Part shown: positions 7,644 through 16,647 of the stretch, piece after piece
Layout of the letters: the number at the start of each line of letters is the position of its first letter
Position numbering within the stretch: position 1 is the stretch's first letter
UHGV virus genome: UHGV-0159119
Source: a virus
Strand: one strand, 5' to 3'
DNA length: 18,360 bases
Notes under the pieces: generated by a model
Told to the model about the DNA's origin: nothing
The model's input: only the letters and a program-made list of their open reading frames with translations
Databases searched by the model: none
Translations under genes and position numbers: made by a program

Positions 7644-7689
7644 CGCTCTTTGTAACAACGGACATTCGTCCTACGTCGCTGAAAAGCGA
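7644..7689 (+). promoter_or_regulatory. nutR (boxA plus boxB)
   Basis: boxA CGCTCTTTGTAACAA, then a boxB hairpin UCGCU-GAAA-AGCGA of the same architecture as nutL. The GCGGATCCGC palindrome sits immediately upstream. Confidence 0.55.
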
Positions 7690-7774
7690 GTTCCAAGATA
7701 TCTGACCAACTAAGGCCATATGCGTTTCCACGCATACCTTTCAACTAACTATTCACTACTGGAAATCTTAAGAA

Positions 7775-8074
7775 ATGGAACAAACAAGTTACAGCAAACT
7801 ATCACAGCGCGACGTTGATCGCGCAGAAACAGATTTACTCATCAACCTGTCAACGCTTACCCAGCGCGGTCTGGCAAAGATGATTGGCTGTCATGAATCG
7901 AAGATAAGCAGAACGGACTGGAGATTTATTGCTTCGGTCTTGTGTGCTTTCGGAATGGCATCAGACATCAGTCCGATTAGCAGGGCTTTTAAGTATGCGC
8001 TTGATGAAATCACCAATAAAAAACGCCCGGTGTGCAAGACCGAGCGTTCTGAACAAATCCAGATGGATTTTTAA
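7775..8074 (+). CDS. cII: CII transcriptional activator
   Basis: 99 aa. C-terminus ITNKKRPVCKTERSEQIQMDF closely matches lambda CII (ILTNKKRPAATERSEQIQMEF). Confidence 0.85.
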   Translation: MEQTSYSKLSQRDVDRAETDLLINLSTLTQRGLAKMIGCHESKISRTDWRFIASVLCAFGMASDISPISRAFKYALDEITNKKRPVCKTERSEQIQMDF

Positions 8075-8092
8075 CAACATCCAACGAGGTAA
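8015..8092 (-). ncRNA. oop-like antisense RNA overlapping the 3' end of cII
   Basis: Minus strand ...CCAUCUGGAUUUGUUCAGAACGCUCGG-UCUUGCACA-CCGGGCG-UUUUUUAUU, strongly resembling the lambda oop 3' end and terminator. A TATAAT lies on the minus strand near 8093..8100. The 5' end is approximate. Confidence 0.45.
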
Positions 8093-8096
8093 TTAT

Positions 8097-8369
8097 ATGC
8101 GAAACAAAGGCTTTAATCCACCTGATACACACAAAGAAGCTAAGCGTTTGCGCTTCCTTCGTTCCATTGATGAAAGAACTCAAATCTCTTTTGTGAAAGT
8201 TGCCAGAACTGAGCTTCTGAAGGCTGAGGCGAGGGCGTTGCTCCAGTCTCTACCAAAAGAGGAGGGATATACGTTCATTCCAAACGCATTTCTGGAAAAG
8301 CTTCTCAAAGAAGACATATCCGTAAGTCAGTTTAACGATGTTCTTAAGGTCTTTCGTCAAGGCAGGTAG
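8097..8369 (+). CDS. Hypothetical protein between cII and the replication initiator
   Basis: 90 aa from ATG 8097 with GAGGT RBS. Track ORF 7929..8369 is an in-frame extension that overlaps cII. Confidence 0.55.
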   Translation: MRNKGFNPPDTHKEAKRLRFLRSIDERTQISFVKVARTELLKAEARALLQSLPKEEGYTFIPNAFLEKLLKEDISVSQFNDVLKVFRQGR

Positions 8370-8371
8370 TT

Positions 8372-9319
8372 ATGAGCAATACAGCAAAAATCTACGATTT
8401 CAGCGCCGCACACGAGCGCAGGAGCAACAGGATGGAGAACCAGAAAACTGGTTACATTCCGTTGTACCGGAGCATTCTGAAACAGTCATGGGCGAAAGAT
8501 GTTTATCTTCGCACCCTGTGGGAAAACCTTCTCCTGAATGCCGCCAGAAAGCCATACAAAGCGAATTTCAAAGGTAATGAATGGCATCTGCAACCCGGTC
8601 AACTGGTTGTGACAGCAGCTGATTTAGGTCTTCAGTTATGCGACAGACATGGCAAGCCAGCAAGCCGTGATCAGGTTGAGCGGATGCTTCAGGTTTTTGT
8701 GAAAGAGGGGATGATCTCCATTGATGGAGAGAAGCAAAAAGGTCGTGTGATAACCATCACAAATTACCATGAATATGCTCAAAAAATGGACGATTTACCC
8801 GCACATGAAGCCGCACAAACAACCGCACATGATTCCGCACATGATGAAGCCAGCAATGGCGCGGCTTTCAGCGTACATGCCGCACATGAAAGCGCACATG
8901 AAGCCGCACAAACAACCGCACATCATGAACAAGAAGGTATTAACAAGAATATAAATAATACCCCCCTCCCCCCCAATGGGGGAGGCGATGGGCAGGTTAA
9001 ACCTGAACGTCGCAAGGCAGAACGAATCGACTACGAATCCTTCCTGAACGCCTACAACACCGAAGTCGGTGACAGACTGCCACACGCTGTTGCGGTCAAC
9101 GAGAAACGCAAACGCCGCCTGAAGAAAATCATCCCGCAACTGAAAACGCCAAACGTGGACGGTTTCAGGGCGTATGTCAGGGCGTTTGTGCATCAGGCCA
9201 AGCCGTTTTACTTCGGAGACAACGACACGGGCTGGACGGCTGATTTTGATTACCTGCTGAGAGAAGACTCGTTAACGGGAGTTCGGGAAGGGAAGTTTGC
9301 AGACAGGGGGATTGCATGA
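8372..9319 (+). CDS. Replication initiator (lambda O / P22 gene 18 analogue) with origin iterons inside the gene
   Basis: N-terminus [10 protein letters not shown] resembles lambda O (MTNTAKILNF). Repetitive HEAAQTTAH linker is encoded by the iterons. Coupled to the downstream helicase. Confidence 0.7.
   Translation: MSNTAKIYDFSAAHERRSNRMENQKTGYIPLYRSILKQSWAKDVYLRTLWENLLLNAARKPYKANFKGNEWHLQPGQLVVTAADLGLQLCDRHGKPASRDQVERMLQVFVKEGMISIDGEKQKGRVITITNYHEYAQKMDDLPAHEAAQTTAHDSAHDEASNGAAFSVHAAHESAHEAAQTTAHHEQEGINKNINNTPLPPNGGGDGQVKPERRKAERIDYESFLNAYNTEVGDRLPHAVAVNEKRKRRLKKIIPQLKTPNVDGFRAYVRAFVHQAKPFYFGDNDTGWTADFDYLLREDSLTGVREGKFADRGIA
8799..8985. repeat. Origin-like iteron array, AT-rich stretch and G/C palindrome
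   Basis: About eight CCGCACA(T/A) repeats, including the exact 24-bp duplicate GAAGCCGCACAAACAACCGCACAT at 8808 and 8901. Followed by AT-rich sequence and the hairpin CCTCCCCC-CCAAT-GGGGGAGG at 8965..8985. Confidence 0.6.
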
Positions 9320-10692
9320 AACAGGATATCGAAGCGAGCGTTATCGGTGGCCTGCTGATTGGTGGATTAACACCAACCGCCAGCGACGTTCTGGCAACGC
9401 TGGAGCCGGAAGCGTTTTCAATTCCGCTCTACCGGAAAGCCTTCGAGGTTATCCGCAAGCAGGCGCGAAACAGAAACCTAATCGACGCGCTGATGGTTGC
9501 CGAGGCGTGCGGAGAGGAGCATTTCACGTCAATCCTGATGACCAGCAAAAACTGCCCGAGTGCCGCAAACCTGAAGGGATATGCCGGAATGGTCGCGGAT
9601 AACTATCACCGCCGTCTGGTGCTGGAAATCATGGATGAAATGCGTGAACCAATTCAGAGCGGAACCATCGATACATCGAGTCAGGCGATGGACGAGCTCG
9701 TAAAGCGTCTTTCAGCTATCAGAAAGCCCCGTGACGAGGTTAAACCTGTACGGTTAGGGGAAATCATCACCGACTACACTGACACGCTTGACAGGCGTCT
9801 GAGGAACGGAGAAGAGTCCGATACCCTGAAGACCGGAATCGAAGAGCTTGACGCTATCACCGGAGGGATGAACGCAGAAGACCTGGTGATAATCGCTGCT
9901 CGTCCTGGTATGGGGAAAACCGAACTGGCGCTGAAGATTGCCGAAGGCGTTGCAAGCCGCGTTATTCCTGGTTCTGACGTCCGGCGCGGAGTATTGATTT
10001 TCTCAATGGAAATGAGCGCATTGCAGATTGCAGAGCGAAGCATTGCCAACGCCGGGAGAATGTCGGTTAGCGTACTGCGAAATCCTGCATCGATGGATGA
10101 CGAAGGCTGGGCGCGTGTTGCTAACGGCATGAGTCAGCTTGCAGATTTGGATGTATGGGTAGTCGATGCCTCGCGGTTATCGGTCGAAGAAATTCGCTCA
10201 ATCGCAGAAAGGCACAAACAGGAAAATCCAAACCTGTCACTCATCATGGCGGATTATCTTGGCCTGATTGAGAAGCCGAAAGCAGACCGCAACGACCTCG
10301 CAATTGCTCACATCTCCGGAAGCATGAAGGCGATGGCGAAAGACCTGAAAACACCGGTTATTTCCCTGAGTCAGCTTTCACGCGATGTTGAGAAGCGACC
10401 AAACAAGCGCCCGACAAACGCAGATTTGCGTGATTCAGGAAGCATTGAACAGGACGCAGACTCAATCATCATGCTCTATCGGGAAGCTGTATATGACGAG
10501 AACAGTAGCGCCGCGCCATTTGCTGAAATCATCGTGACGAAAAACCGTTTTGGCTCACTTGGTACGGTTTACCAGCGGTTCTGCAACGGACACTTTGTTG
10601 CGTGTGACCAGGATGAAGCCAGACAGATTTGCACAGCATCAAATGCACCTGCTGCGCGTGGCAGACGATATGCACAAGGGGCTGACGTATGA
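9316..10692 (+). CDS. DnaB-family replicative helicase (P22 gene 12-like)
   Basis: 458 aa. Walker [16 protein letters not shown] and DnaB-like C-terminal motifs. ATGA overlap with the initiator gene. Confidence 0.9.
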   Translation: MKQDIEASVIGGLLIGGLTPTASDVLATLEPEAFSIPLYRKAFEVIRKQARNRNLIDALMVAEACGEEHFTSILMTSKNCPSAANLKGYAGMVADNYHRRLVLEIMDEMREPIQSGTIDTSSQAMDELVKRLSAIRKPRDEVKPVRLGEIITDYTDTLDRRLRNGEESDTLKTGIEELDAITGGMNAEDLVIIAARPGMGKTELALKIAEGVASRVIPGSDVRRGVLIFSMEMSALQIAERSIANAGRMSVSVLRNPASMDDEGWARVANGMSQLADLDVWVVDASRLSVEEIRSIAERHKQENPNLSLIMADYLGLIEKPKADRNDLAIAHISGSMKAMAKDLKTPVISLSQLSRDVEKRPNKRPTNADLRDSGSIEQDADSIIMLYREAVYDENSSAAPFAEIIVTKNRFGSLGTVYQRFCNGHFVACDQDEARQICTASNAPAARGRRYAQGADV

Positions 10693-10717
10693 CCATCTAC
10701 ATCACTGAGCTAATAAC

Positions 10718-10750
10718 AGGCCTGCTGGTAATCGCAGGCCTTTTTATTTG
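10718..10750 (+). terminator. Intrinsic terminator (tR2-like) between the replication and nin genes
   Basis: AGGCCTGC-tggtaatc-GCAGGCCT followed by TTTTTATTTG. Confidence 0.65.
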
Positions 10751-10777
10751 GGGGAGAGTAATTGGAGGCTTTAAGAA

Positions 10778-11005
10778 ATGAGTTCGATGACTGAGCTTGT
10801 CCGCGCCGACTTTCAGGAGAACATTGGTCGTGCAAATCGGTACTGGTCTGCTTCCAGACTTCCGACTGGCGAGAGACAGAAAAACGCCCCTAAGCCACGT
10901 ATCTATCCGCGTGACCGCGTTCTTCGCCGGTTGGTTAAAATCGATAATGATTTTCAGTGTGACAGAATTATCCAGCAATTAGATTTGATGACTGATGATG
11001 AATGA
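10778..11005 (+). CDS. Hypothetical nin-region protein
   Basis: 75 aa ORF with GGAGG RBS; overlaps the ninB start. Confidence 0.5.
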   Translation: MSSMTELVRADFQENIGRANRYWSASRLPTGERQKNAPKPRIYPRDRVLRRLVKIDNDFQCDRIIQQLDLMTDDE

Positions 11006-11420
11006 TTTCATTCTGCACGAAACCAATAAATCACAATTCTGGTTAGTTCTGAAACAAATCCTCTCTACCGGCAAACGCTGGCGAATCAAAATATCTGAGT
11101 ACCGTGAGAAGCGTACATTGTCACAAAACAATCTGATGTGGGTGTGGAATGCAGAAATAGCCGCACAGTTATCTGCTGCTTCTGCTGAAAACTTCACGCC
11201 TGAAGAGGTTCATGAGTGGCTGAAAGATATGTTTTGTCCGGCTAAAAGGGTGACGATTTTTAATATTACACGATGCGTTAAATCAACACGTCAGCTTGAT
11301 ATTGGAGATATGCACAAATATCTGACCGATATTGACCAGTGGGCGCATCAGAAGGGATTACGACTAACCATTCCTGATAATTGCGAGTACCTGGATCTAA
11401 AGGAGAGGCAAGTAGAGTGA
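10995..11420 (+). CDS. ninB: NinB-family recombination protein
   Basis: 141 aa with an RTLSQNNLMWVW motif resembling the NinB RSLDQN..LW motif; nin-region position. Confidence 0.65.
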   Translation: MMNDFILHETNKSQFWLVLKQILSTGKRWRIKISEYREKRTLSQNNLMWVWNAEIAAQLSAASAENFTPEEVHEWLKDMFCPAKRVTIFNITRCVKSTRQLDIGDMHKYLTDIDQWAHQKGLRLTIPDNCEYLDLKERQVE

Positions 11421-11944
11421 CTATCAAATCAAATACGCCGGCACACGACAAGGACTGCTGGCAAACGCCGCTTTGGCTTTTTGATGCACTGGATATTGAG
11501 TTTGGATTCTGGCTGGATTCGGCAGCGAGCGACAAAAATGCTCTGTGCGCTCACTGGCTAACTGAGGCCGACGACGCGCTCAATTCTGAGTGGGTAAGCC
11601 ACGGTGCAATCTGGAATAACCCACCGTACAGCAATATCAGGCCGTGGGTGGAAAAAGCTGCTGAGCAGTGCATACAACAGCGACAGACGGTAGTGATGCT
11701 TGTGCCAGAGGATATGTCAGTCGGATGGTTCAGCAAGGCTCTGGAGAGCGTTGACGAAGTTCGCATCATCACTGATGGACGGATTAATTTTATCGAACCA
11801 TCGACGGGGCTGGAGAAGAAGGGAAACAGCAAAGGCTCCATGCTGCTGATTTGGCGACCGTTCATCAGTCCTCGACGGATGTTTACTACCGTATCCAAAG
11901 CGGCATTGATGGCGATCGGGCAGGGCGTCAGGAGGGCGACATGA
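11417..11944 (+). CDS. Phage Dam-type DNA N6-adenine methyltransferase
   Basis: NPPY catalytic motif ([10 protein letters not shown]). GTG start overlaps the ninB stop (GTGA), with AAGGAGAGG upstream. Track ORF 11381..11944 is an in-frame extension. Confidence 0.8.
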   Translation: MTIKSNTPAHDKDCWQTPLWLFDALDIEFGFWLDSAASDKNALCAHWLTEADDALNSEWVSHGAIWNNPPYSNIRPWVEKAAEQCIQQRQTVVMLVPEDMSVGWFSKALESVDEVRIITDGRINFIEPSTGLEKKGNSKGSMLLIWRPFISPRRMFTTVSKAALMAIGQGVRRAT

Positions 11945-12123
11945 GACGACAGCGACGAAGTTTCACCGACATCATCTGCGAAAACTGCAAATACCTTCCA
12001 ACGAAACGCTCCAGAAATAAACGCAAGCCAATTCCAAAAGAATCTGACGTAAAAACCTTCAACTACACGGCTCACTTGTGGGATATCCGGTGGCTAAGAA
12101 ATCGTGCGAGGAATACAAGGTGA
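11941..12123 (+). CDS. ninE: NinE
   Basis: 60 aa, [32 protein letters not shown]..., lambda NinE-like. ATGA overlap with the methyltransferase; GGAGGG RBS. Confidence 0.7.
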   Translation: MRRQRRSFTDIICENCKYLPTKRSRNKRKPIPKESDVKTFNYTAHLWDIRWLRNRARNTR

Positions 12124-12290
12124 TTGACCCAAATCGAAGTTACGAACAAGAAAGCGTCGAGCGGGCTTTAACGTGCGCTAATTGCGGTCAGAAGCTGCAT
12201 GTGCTGGAAGTTCACGTATGTGAGCACTGCTGCGCAGAACTGATGAGCGATCCGAATAGCTCAATGTTCGAGGAAGAAGACGATGAATGA
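12120..12290 (+). CDS. ninF: NinF
   Basis: GTG start overlapping the ninE stop. Cysteine-rich [38 protein letters not shown], as in lambda NinF. Confidence 0.7.
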   Translation: MIDPNRSYEQESVERALTCANCGQKLHVLEVHVCEHCCAELMSDPNSSMFEEEDDE

Positions 12291-13008
12291 GTTAATAAAT
12301 GGCAATGCCATCAAAATGACAAGCATTGAAATCGCTGAGTTGGTAGAAAGCCGCCATAGCAATGTAAAAGTATCCATAGATAGATTGGTGAAACGTGGCG
12401 TTATCAAGCCTCCTGCATTGCAGCACACTAACATAATCAATGATTTAGGTGTTATTACCGGGAAGCGTGATTTCTACGTCTTCGAGGGCGAACAAGGAAA
12501 GCGAGACAGCATTATTGTCGTCGCCCAGTTGTCGCCAGAGTTCACCGCTCGCCTTGTTGACCGTTGGCGAGAGCTTGAAGAAGCTGCGGTTAATATCCCC
12601 AAAACGCTACCAGAAGCGTTGCGCCTTGCTGCTAACCTTGCTGAGCAGAAAATGCAACTGGAAAACCAGCTCGCAATTGCCGCACCTAAAGTTGAGTTTG
12701 CCGATCGCGTTGGCGAGGCCAGCGGAATTTTGATTGGAAACTTTGCAAAGGTTGTTGGAATTGGTCCAAACAAACTGTTTGCGTGGATGCGCGATCACAA
12801 AATCCTTATTGCTTCAGGTTCCCGGCGCAATGTGCCAATGCAGGAATATATGGATCGCGGCTATTTCACAGTGAAAGAAACAGCGGTCAACACAAATCAC
12901 GGAATACAGATATCGTTCACTACAAAAATCACCGGACGTGGCCAACAGTGGCTGACCAGAAAGCTGCTCGATAACGGAATGCTGAAAGTAACAGGAGAGG
13001 CTGCTTAA
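12283..13008 (+). CDS. Phage regulatory protein Rha / KilAC-domain antirepressor
   Basis: N-terminal Rha-like segment MTSIEIAELVESRHSNVKVSIDRL and a C-terminal antirepressor-like region. Translationally coupled to both neighbours. Confidence 0.7.
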   Translation: MNELINGNAIKMTSIEIAELVESRHSNVKVSIDRLVKRGVIKPPALQHTNIINDLGVITGKRDFYVFEGEQGKRDSIIVVAQLSPEFTARLVDRWRELEEAAVNIPKTLPEALRLAANLAEQKMQLENQLAIAAPKVEFADRVGEASGILIGNFAKVVGIGPNKLFAWMRDHKILIASGSRRNVPMQEYMDRGYFTVKETAVNTNHGIQISFTTKITGRGQQWLTRKLLDNGMLKVTGEAA

Positions 13009-13298
13009 TGGCTAACCTACGCAAAGAAGCGCGCAACAGAGAATGCCAGGTACGTATTTACGGCGTATGCAATGGCAATCCTGAAACTACAGTTCTGGCA
13101 CATTACCGGATGGCTGGAATTTGCGGAACGGGAATGAAGCCTGACGACCTGATCGGTGCATGGGCTTGTAGTGACTGCCACGCGGAGATCGACCGACGCA
13201 CCCATAATATCGACAACAAAGACGCCAGACTTTACCACCTCGAAGGCGTGATCAGGACGCAGGCGATACTGCTGAGGGAGGGGAAGATTAAGTCATGA
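13008..13298 (+). CDS. YbcO-like nin-region protein (DUF1364-type, Cys/His-rich)
   Basis: 96 aa, MANLRKEARNRECQVRIYGVCNGNPETTVLAHYR...CSDCHAEIDRRTH, resembling DLP12 YbcO as I recall it. Confidence 0.6.
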   Translation: MANLRKEARNRECQVRIYGVCNGNPETTVLAHYRMAGICGTGMKPDDLIGAWACSDCHAEIDRRTHNIDNKDARLYHLEGVIRTQAILLREGKIKS

Positions 13299-13657
13299 AC
13301 GAATATCAGTTTGTGCTTCCATACCCGCCGTCGGTGAATACCTACTGGCGAAGACGGGGAAGCCAATATTACATAAGCGATAAAGGCCAGAAATACCGAA
13401 AAGACGTTCAGCAAATCATCCGCCAACTTAAGTTAGACATTTTCACCAAATCACGACTCCGCATCAAAGTCATCGCAGACGTTCCAGACTCCCGCCGCCG
13501 CGACCTCGACAACATCCTGAAAGGTTTACTCGATTCCCTTATCCACGCCGGATTTGCGGAAGACGACGAGCAATTCGATGACATTCGCGTAATTCGTGGT
13601 GTGAAAGTACCAGGCGGACGGCTTGGAATAAAAATCACCGAACTGGAGAACGCATGA
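13295..13657 (+). CDS. rusA: RusA Holliday-junction resolvase
   Basis: 120 aa with LPYPPSVNTYWRRRG and RRRDLDNILKGLLDSLIHAGF motifs. ATGA overlap with the upstream gene. Confidence 0.85.
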   Translation: MNEYQFVLPYPPSVNTYWRRRGSQYYISDKGQKYRKDVQQIIRQLKLDIFTKSRLRIKVIADVPDSRRRDLDNILKGLLDSLIHAGFAEDDEQFDDIRVIRGVKVPGGRLGIKITELENA

Positions 13658-13842
13658 ACGCCACAATTCAAACGATACCAGAGCTTCTTATCCAGACACG
13701 AGACAATCAGACCGAAGTGGCGAGGATGCTTTCCTGCGCAAGAGGAACAGTGCTCAAGTACAACCGAGACAGCAAAGGTGAGCGTCACGTAATAGTTAAC
13801 GGCGTCCTGATGGTCAAACAGGGCAAGAGGGGAAGACGATGA
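13654..13842 (+). CDS. ninH: NinH
   Basis: 62 aa. NQTEVARMLSCARGTVLKY matches lambda NinH (NQTEVARRLKCSRGTVRKY). Confidence 0.65.
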   Translation: MNATIQTIPELLIQTRDNQTEVARMLSCARGTVLKYNRDSKGERHVIVNGVLMVKQGKRGRR

Positions 13843-14462
13843 GACTCGAAAGCGTAGCTAAATTTCATTCGCCAAAAAGCCCAATGATGAGCGACTCACC
13901 ACGGGCTACGGCTTCTGACTCTCTTTCCGGTACTGATGTGATGGCTGCTATGGGGATGGCGCAATCACAAGCCGGATTCGGTATGGCTGCATTCTGCGGT
14001 AAGCACGAACTCAGCCAGAACGACAAACAAAAGGCTATCAACTATCTGATGCAATTTGCACACAAGGTATCGGGGAAATACCGTGGTGTGGCAAAGCTTG
14101 AAGGAAATACTAAGGCAAAGGTACTGCAAGTGCTCGCAACATTCGCTTATGCGGATTATTGCCGTAGTGCCGCGACGCCGGGCGCAAGATGCAGAGATTG
14201 CCACGGTACAGGTCGTGCGGTTGATATAGCAAAAACAGAGCAGTGGGGGAGAGTTGTTGAGAAAGAGTGCGGAAGATGCAAAGGCGTCGGCTATTCCAGG
14301 ATGCCAGCAAGCGCCGCATATCGCGCTGTAACGATGCTAATCCCAAACCTTACCCAACCCACCTGGTCACGCACTGTTAAGCCGCTGTATGACGCTCTGG
14401 TGGTGCAATGCCACAAGGAAGAGTCAATCGCAGACAACATTTTGAATGCGGTCACACGTTAG
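13839..14462 (+). CDS. Q: Q late-gene antiterminator
   Basis: 207 aa, essentially lambda Q (MRLESVAKFHSPKSPMMSDSPRATASD...), including the CxxC zinc-binding segment. Confidence 0.9.
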   Translation: MRLESVAKFHSPKSPMMSDSPRATASDSLSGTDVMAAMGMAQSQAGFGMAAFCGKHELSQNDKQKAINYLMQFAHKVSGKYRGVAKLEGNTKAKVLQVLATFAYADYCRSAATPGARCRDCHGTGRAVDIAKTEQWGRVVEKECGRCKGVGYSRMPASAAYRAVTMLIPNLTQPTWSRTVKPLYDALVVQCHKEESIADNILNAVTR

Positions 14463-14504
14463 CAGCATGATTTCCACGGATGGCAACATATTAACGGCAT
14501 GATA

Positions 14505-14533
14505 TTGACTTTTTGAATAAACTTGGGTAAATT
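14505..14533 (+). promoter_or_regulatory. pR' late promoter (with the qut region)
   Basis: TTGACT, 17 nt spacer, TAAATT, as in lambda pR', directly downstream of Q. Confidence 0.7.
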
Positions 14534-14540
14534 TGACCCA

Positions 14541-14733
14541 ACGATGGGTTAATTCGCTCGTTGTGGTAGTGAGATGAAAAGAGGCGGCGCTTACTACCGA
14601 TTCCGCCTAGTTGGTCACTTCGACGTATCGTCTGGAACTCCAACCATCGCAGGCTGAGAGGTCTGTAAAATGCAATCCCGAAACAGTTCGCAGGCAATAG
14701 TTAGAGCCTGCATAACGGTTTCGGGATTTTTTA
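14541..14733 (+). ncRNA. 6S-type short late transcript from pR' to tR'
   Basis: About 190 nt from the predicted start to the tR' hairpin, matching the lambda arrangement. The 5' end is approximate. Confidence 0.5.
14674..14733 (+). terminator. tR' intrinsic terminator
   Basis: Long hairpin AATCCCGAAAC...GTTTCGGGATT followed by TTTTTTAT. Confidence 0.7.
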
Positions 14734-15130
14734 TATCTGTGTAACAGGTAAGAGCATTCTCCCTTATGGAGCTTGTCTTAAATGCACCGAGTGCTCTTTC
14801 CGTTGTGCTGAATTAAGCGAATGCCGGAAGCAGAACCGGATCACCAAATGCGTACAGGCGTCATCGCCGCCCAGCAACAGCACAACCCAAACTGAGCCGT
14901 AGCCACTGGCTATCCTGAATTCATCAGTGATAGTTACGCTGCGGCCTTCTACACATGACCTTCGTGAAAGCGGGTGGCAAGAGGCTGCGCTAACAACCTC
15001 ATGCCGCTTTGCCCGTGCATATCGGTCACGAACAAATCTGATTACTAAACACAGTAGCCTGGATTTGTTCTATCAGTAATCGACCTTATTCCTAATTAAA
15101 TAGAGCAAATCCCCTTATTGGGGGTAAGAC

Positions 15131-15454
15131 ATGAAGATGCCAGAAAAACATGACCTGTTAGCCGCCATTCTCGCGGCAAAGGAACAAGGCATCGGGGCAA
15201 TCCTTGCGTTTGCAATGGCGTACCTTCGCGGCAGATATAATGGCGGTGCGTTTACAAAAACAGTAATCGACGCAACGATGTGCGCCATTATCGCCTGGTT
15301 CATTCGTGACCTTCTCGACTTCGCCGGACTAAGTAGCAATCTCGCTTATATAACGAGCGTGTTCATCGGCTACATCGGTACTGACTCGATTGGTTCGCTT
15401 ATCAAACGCTTCGCTGCTAAAAAAGCCGGAGTAGAAGATGGTGGAAATCAATAA
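15131..15454 (+). CDS. S: Holin S (dual start S107/S105)
   Basis: [34 protein letters not shown]... is essentially lambda S. Confidence 0.9.
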   Translation: MKMPEKHDLLAAILAAKEQGIGAILAFAMAYLRGRYNGGAFTKTVIDATMCAIIAWFIRDLLDFAGLSSNLAYITSVFIGYIGTDSIGSLIKRFAAKKAGVEDGGNQ

Positions 15455-15914
15455 TCAACGTAAGGCGTTCCTCGATATGCTGGCGTGGTCAGAGGGAACT
15501 GATAACGGACGACAGAAAACCAGAAATCATGGTTATGACGTCATTGTAGGAGGAGAGCTATTCACTGATTACTCCGATCACCCTCGCAAACTTGTCACGC
15601 TAAACCCAAAACTCAAATCAACAGCCGCCGGGCGTTACCAGCTTCTTTCCCGTTGGTGGGATGCCTATTGTAAGCAGCTTGGCCTGAAAGACTTCTCTCC
15701 GAAAAGCCAGGACGCTGTGGCACTGCAACAGATTAAAGAACGTGGCGCTTTACCGATGATTGATCGCGGTGATATTCGTCAGGCAATTGACCGTTGCAGC
15801 AATATCTGGGCTTCACTTCCGGGCGCTGGTTATGGTCAGTTCGAGCATAAGGCTGATAGCCTGATTGCAAAATTCAAAGAAGCGGGCGGAACGGTCAGAG
15901 AGATTGAGGTATGA
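15438..15914 (+). CDS. R: Endolysin R (lytic transglycosylase)
   Basis: 158 aa, essentially lambda R ([24 protein letters not shown]...). Confidence 0.9.
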   Translation: MVEINNQRKAFLDMLAWSEGTDNGRQKTRNHGYDVIVGGELFTDYSDHPRKLVTLNPKLKSTAAGRYQLLSRWWDAYCKQLGLKDFSPKSQDAVALQQIKERGALPMIDRGDIRQAIDRCSNIWASLPGAGYGQFEHKADSLIAKFKEAGGTVREIEV

Positions 15915-16375
15915 GCAGAGTCACCGCGATTATCTCCGCTCTGGTTATCTGCATCATCGTCTGCCTGTCATGGGCTGTTAATCATTACCGTGATAACGCC
16001 ATGACCTACAAAGAGCAGCGCGATAAAAAAGTCAGTGAGCTGAAGCAGGCGACCGCCACCATTACTGACATGCAGCAGCGCCAGCGTTCTGCTGATGCAC
16101 TCGATGCTAAATACACGAAGGAATTGTCCGATGCGAAAAAGACCATTAACGATTTGCGTCGTGATGTCGATTCTGGCGCTAAACGGCTGCGCATCGCCGC
16201 AACCTGCCCTGGAGTGCCAAAAGCCACCTCCTCCACCGGCGTGGATGATGCAGGAGCCCCCGAACTTACTCCAGACGCTCGACGGAATTATTTCGATCAC
16301 CGGGACGGAATCGCAACCGCTGACAAGATGATTCGCGGCATGCAGGACTACATCAAAGAGCAGTGTCTTAAGTGA
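15911..16375 (+). CDS. Rz: Rz inner-membrane spanin
   Basis: N-terminus [30 protein letters not shown] matches lambda Rz. Confidence 0.85.
   Translation: MSRVTAIISALVICIIVCLSWAVNHYRDNAMTYKEQRDKKVSELKQATATITDMQQRQRSADALDAKYTKELSDAKKTINDLRRDVDSGAKRLRIAATCPGVPKATSSTGVDDAGAPELTPDARRNYFDHRDGIATADKMIRGMQDYIKEQCLK
16131..16331 (+). CDS. Rz1: Rz1 outer-membrane lipoprotein spanin, embedded in Rz in the +1 frame
   Basis: Lipobox LALNGC and proline-rich [22 protein letters not shown]. Start is an internal ATG of track ORF 16095..16331. Confidence 0.75.
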   Translation: MRKRPLTICVVMSILALNGCASPQPALECQKPPPPPAWMMQEPPNLLQTLDGIISITGTESQPLTR

Positions 16376-16394
16376 TTCGTCACCCAAATAACAG

Positions 16395-16422
16395 AGCCTG
16401 ACTTCGGTCGGGCTTTTTTATT
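16395..16422 (+). terminator. Intrinsic terminator after the lysis cassette
   Basis: AGCCUGAC-UUCG-GUCGGGCU (one G-U wobble, UUCG loop) followed by UUUUUUAUU. Confidence 0.7.
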
Positions 16423-16446
16423 CCCAGAAGAAGCAGGAGAAGAAGC

Positions 16447-16647
16447 ATGTTAACAGTAAAAGTAATGTCGCCAGGTGGCGGTGAAGAGATTCATTGCGGG
16501 TTGAGTGTAGGGTTCAATCCGGGGCAGCAGAGCATCGCGGTATCGGGAATGGACAAAAATGTATTCCTGAAACCTGGCGAGGTCGCCTACGTGATGAACC
16601 AGAACGGGAAGACGGTATCTCGTTACGAGCATAATGACCGCCAGTAG
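16447..16647 (+). CDS. Small hypothetical protein (66 aa), first gene of a post-lysis cargo module
   Basis: Own strong RBS (AGGAG 7 nt upstream of ATG), immediately after the terminator. Glycine-rich; not lambda bor, which is on the opposite strand. Confidence 0.6.
   Translation: MLTVKVMSPGGGEEIHCGLSVGFNPGQQSIAVSGMDKNVFLKPGEVAYVMNQNGKTVSRYEHNDRQ

Noticed and set aside
7640-7649. Perfect palindrome GCGGATCCGC right after the cro stop, considered as a terminator
   Set aside because: No loop and no following T-run. It overlaps nutR boxA, so it is more likely part of the nut context than a terminator.
8769-9193. Repeat-rich ORFs (plus 8769..8954 and minus 8795..9193) that could be mistaken for a repeat protein or a CRISPR-like array
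   Set aside because: They are alternative-frame readings of the origin iterons inside the initiator gene. The repeats are short, imperfect and lack regular unique spacers, so this is not a CRISPR array.
10697-10978. Minus-strand 93-aa ORF in the nin region
   Set aside because: Antisense to the plus-strand gene 10778..11005, which has an RBS and sits in the uniformly plus-oriented nin operon.
11551-12075. Minus-strand 174-aa ORF opposite the Dam and ninE genes
   Set aside because: Antisense to two well-supported, translationally coupled plus-strand genes; no RBS or recognisable motif.
14491-14697. Minus-strand 68-aa ORF downstream of Q
   Set aside because: It lies inside the conserved pR'/6S/tR' non-coding region, and the lambda-like sequence there is explained by promoter and terminator elements.
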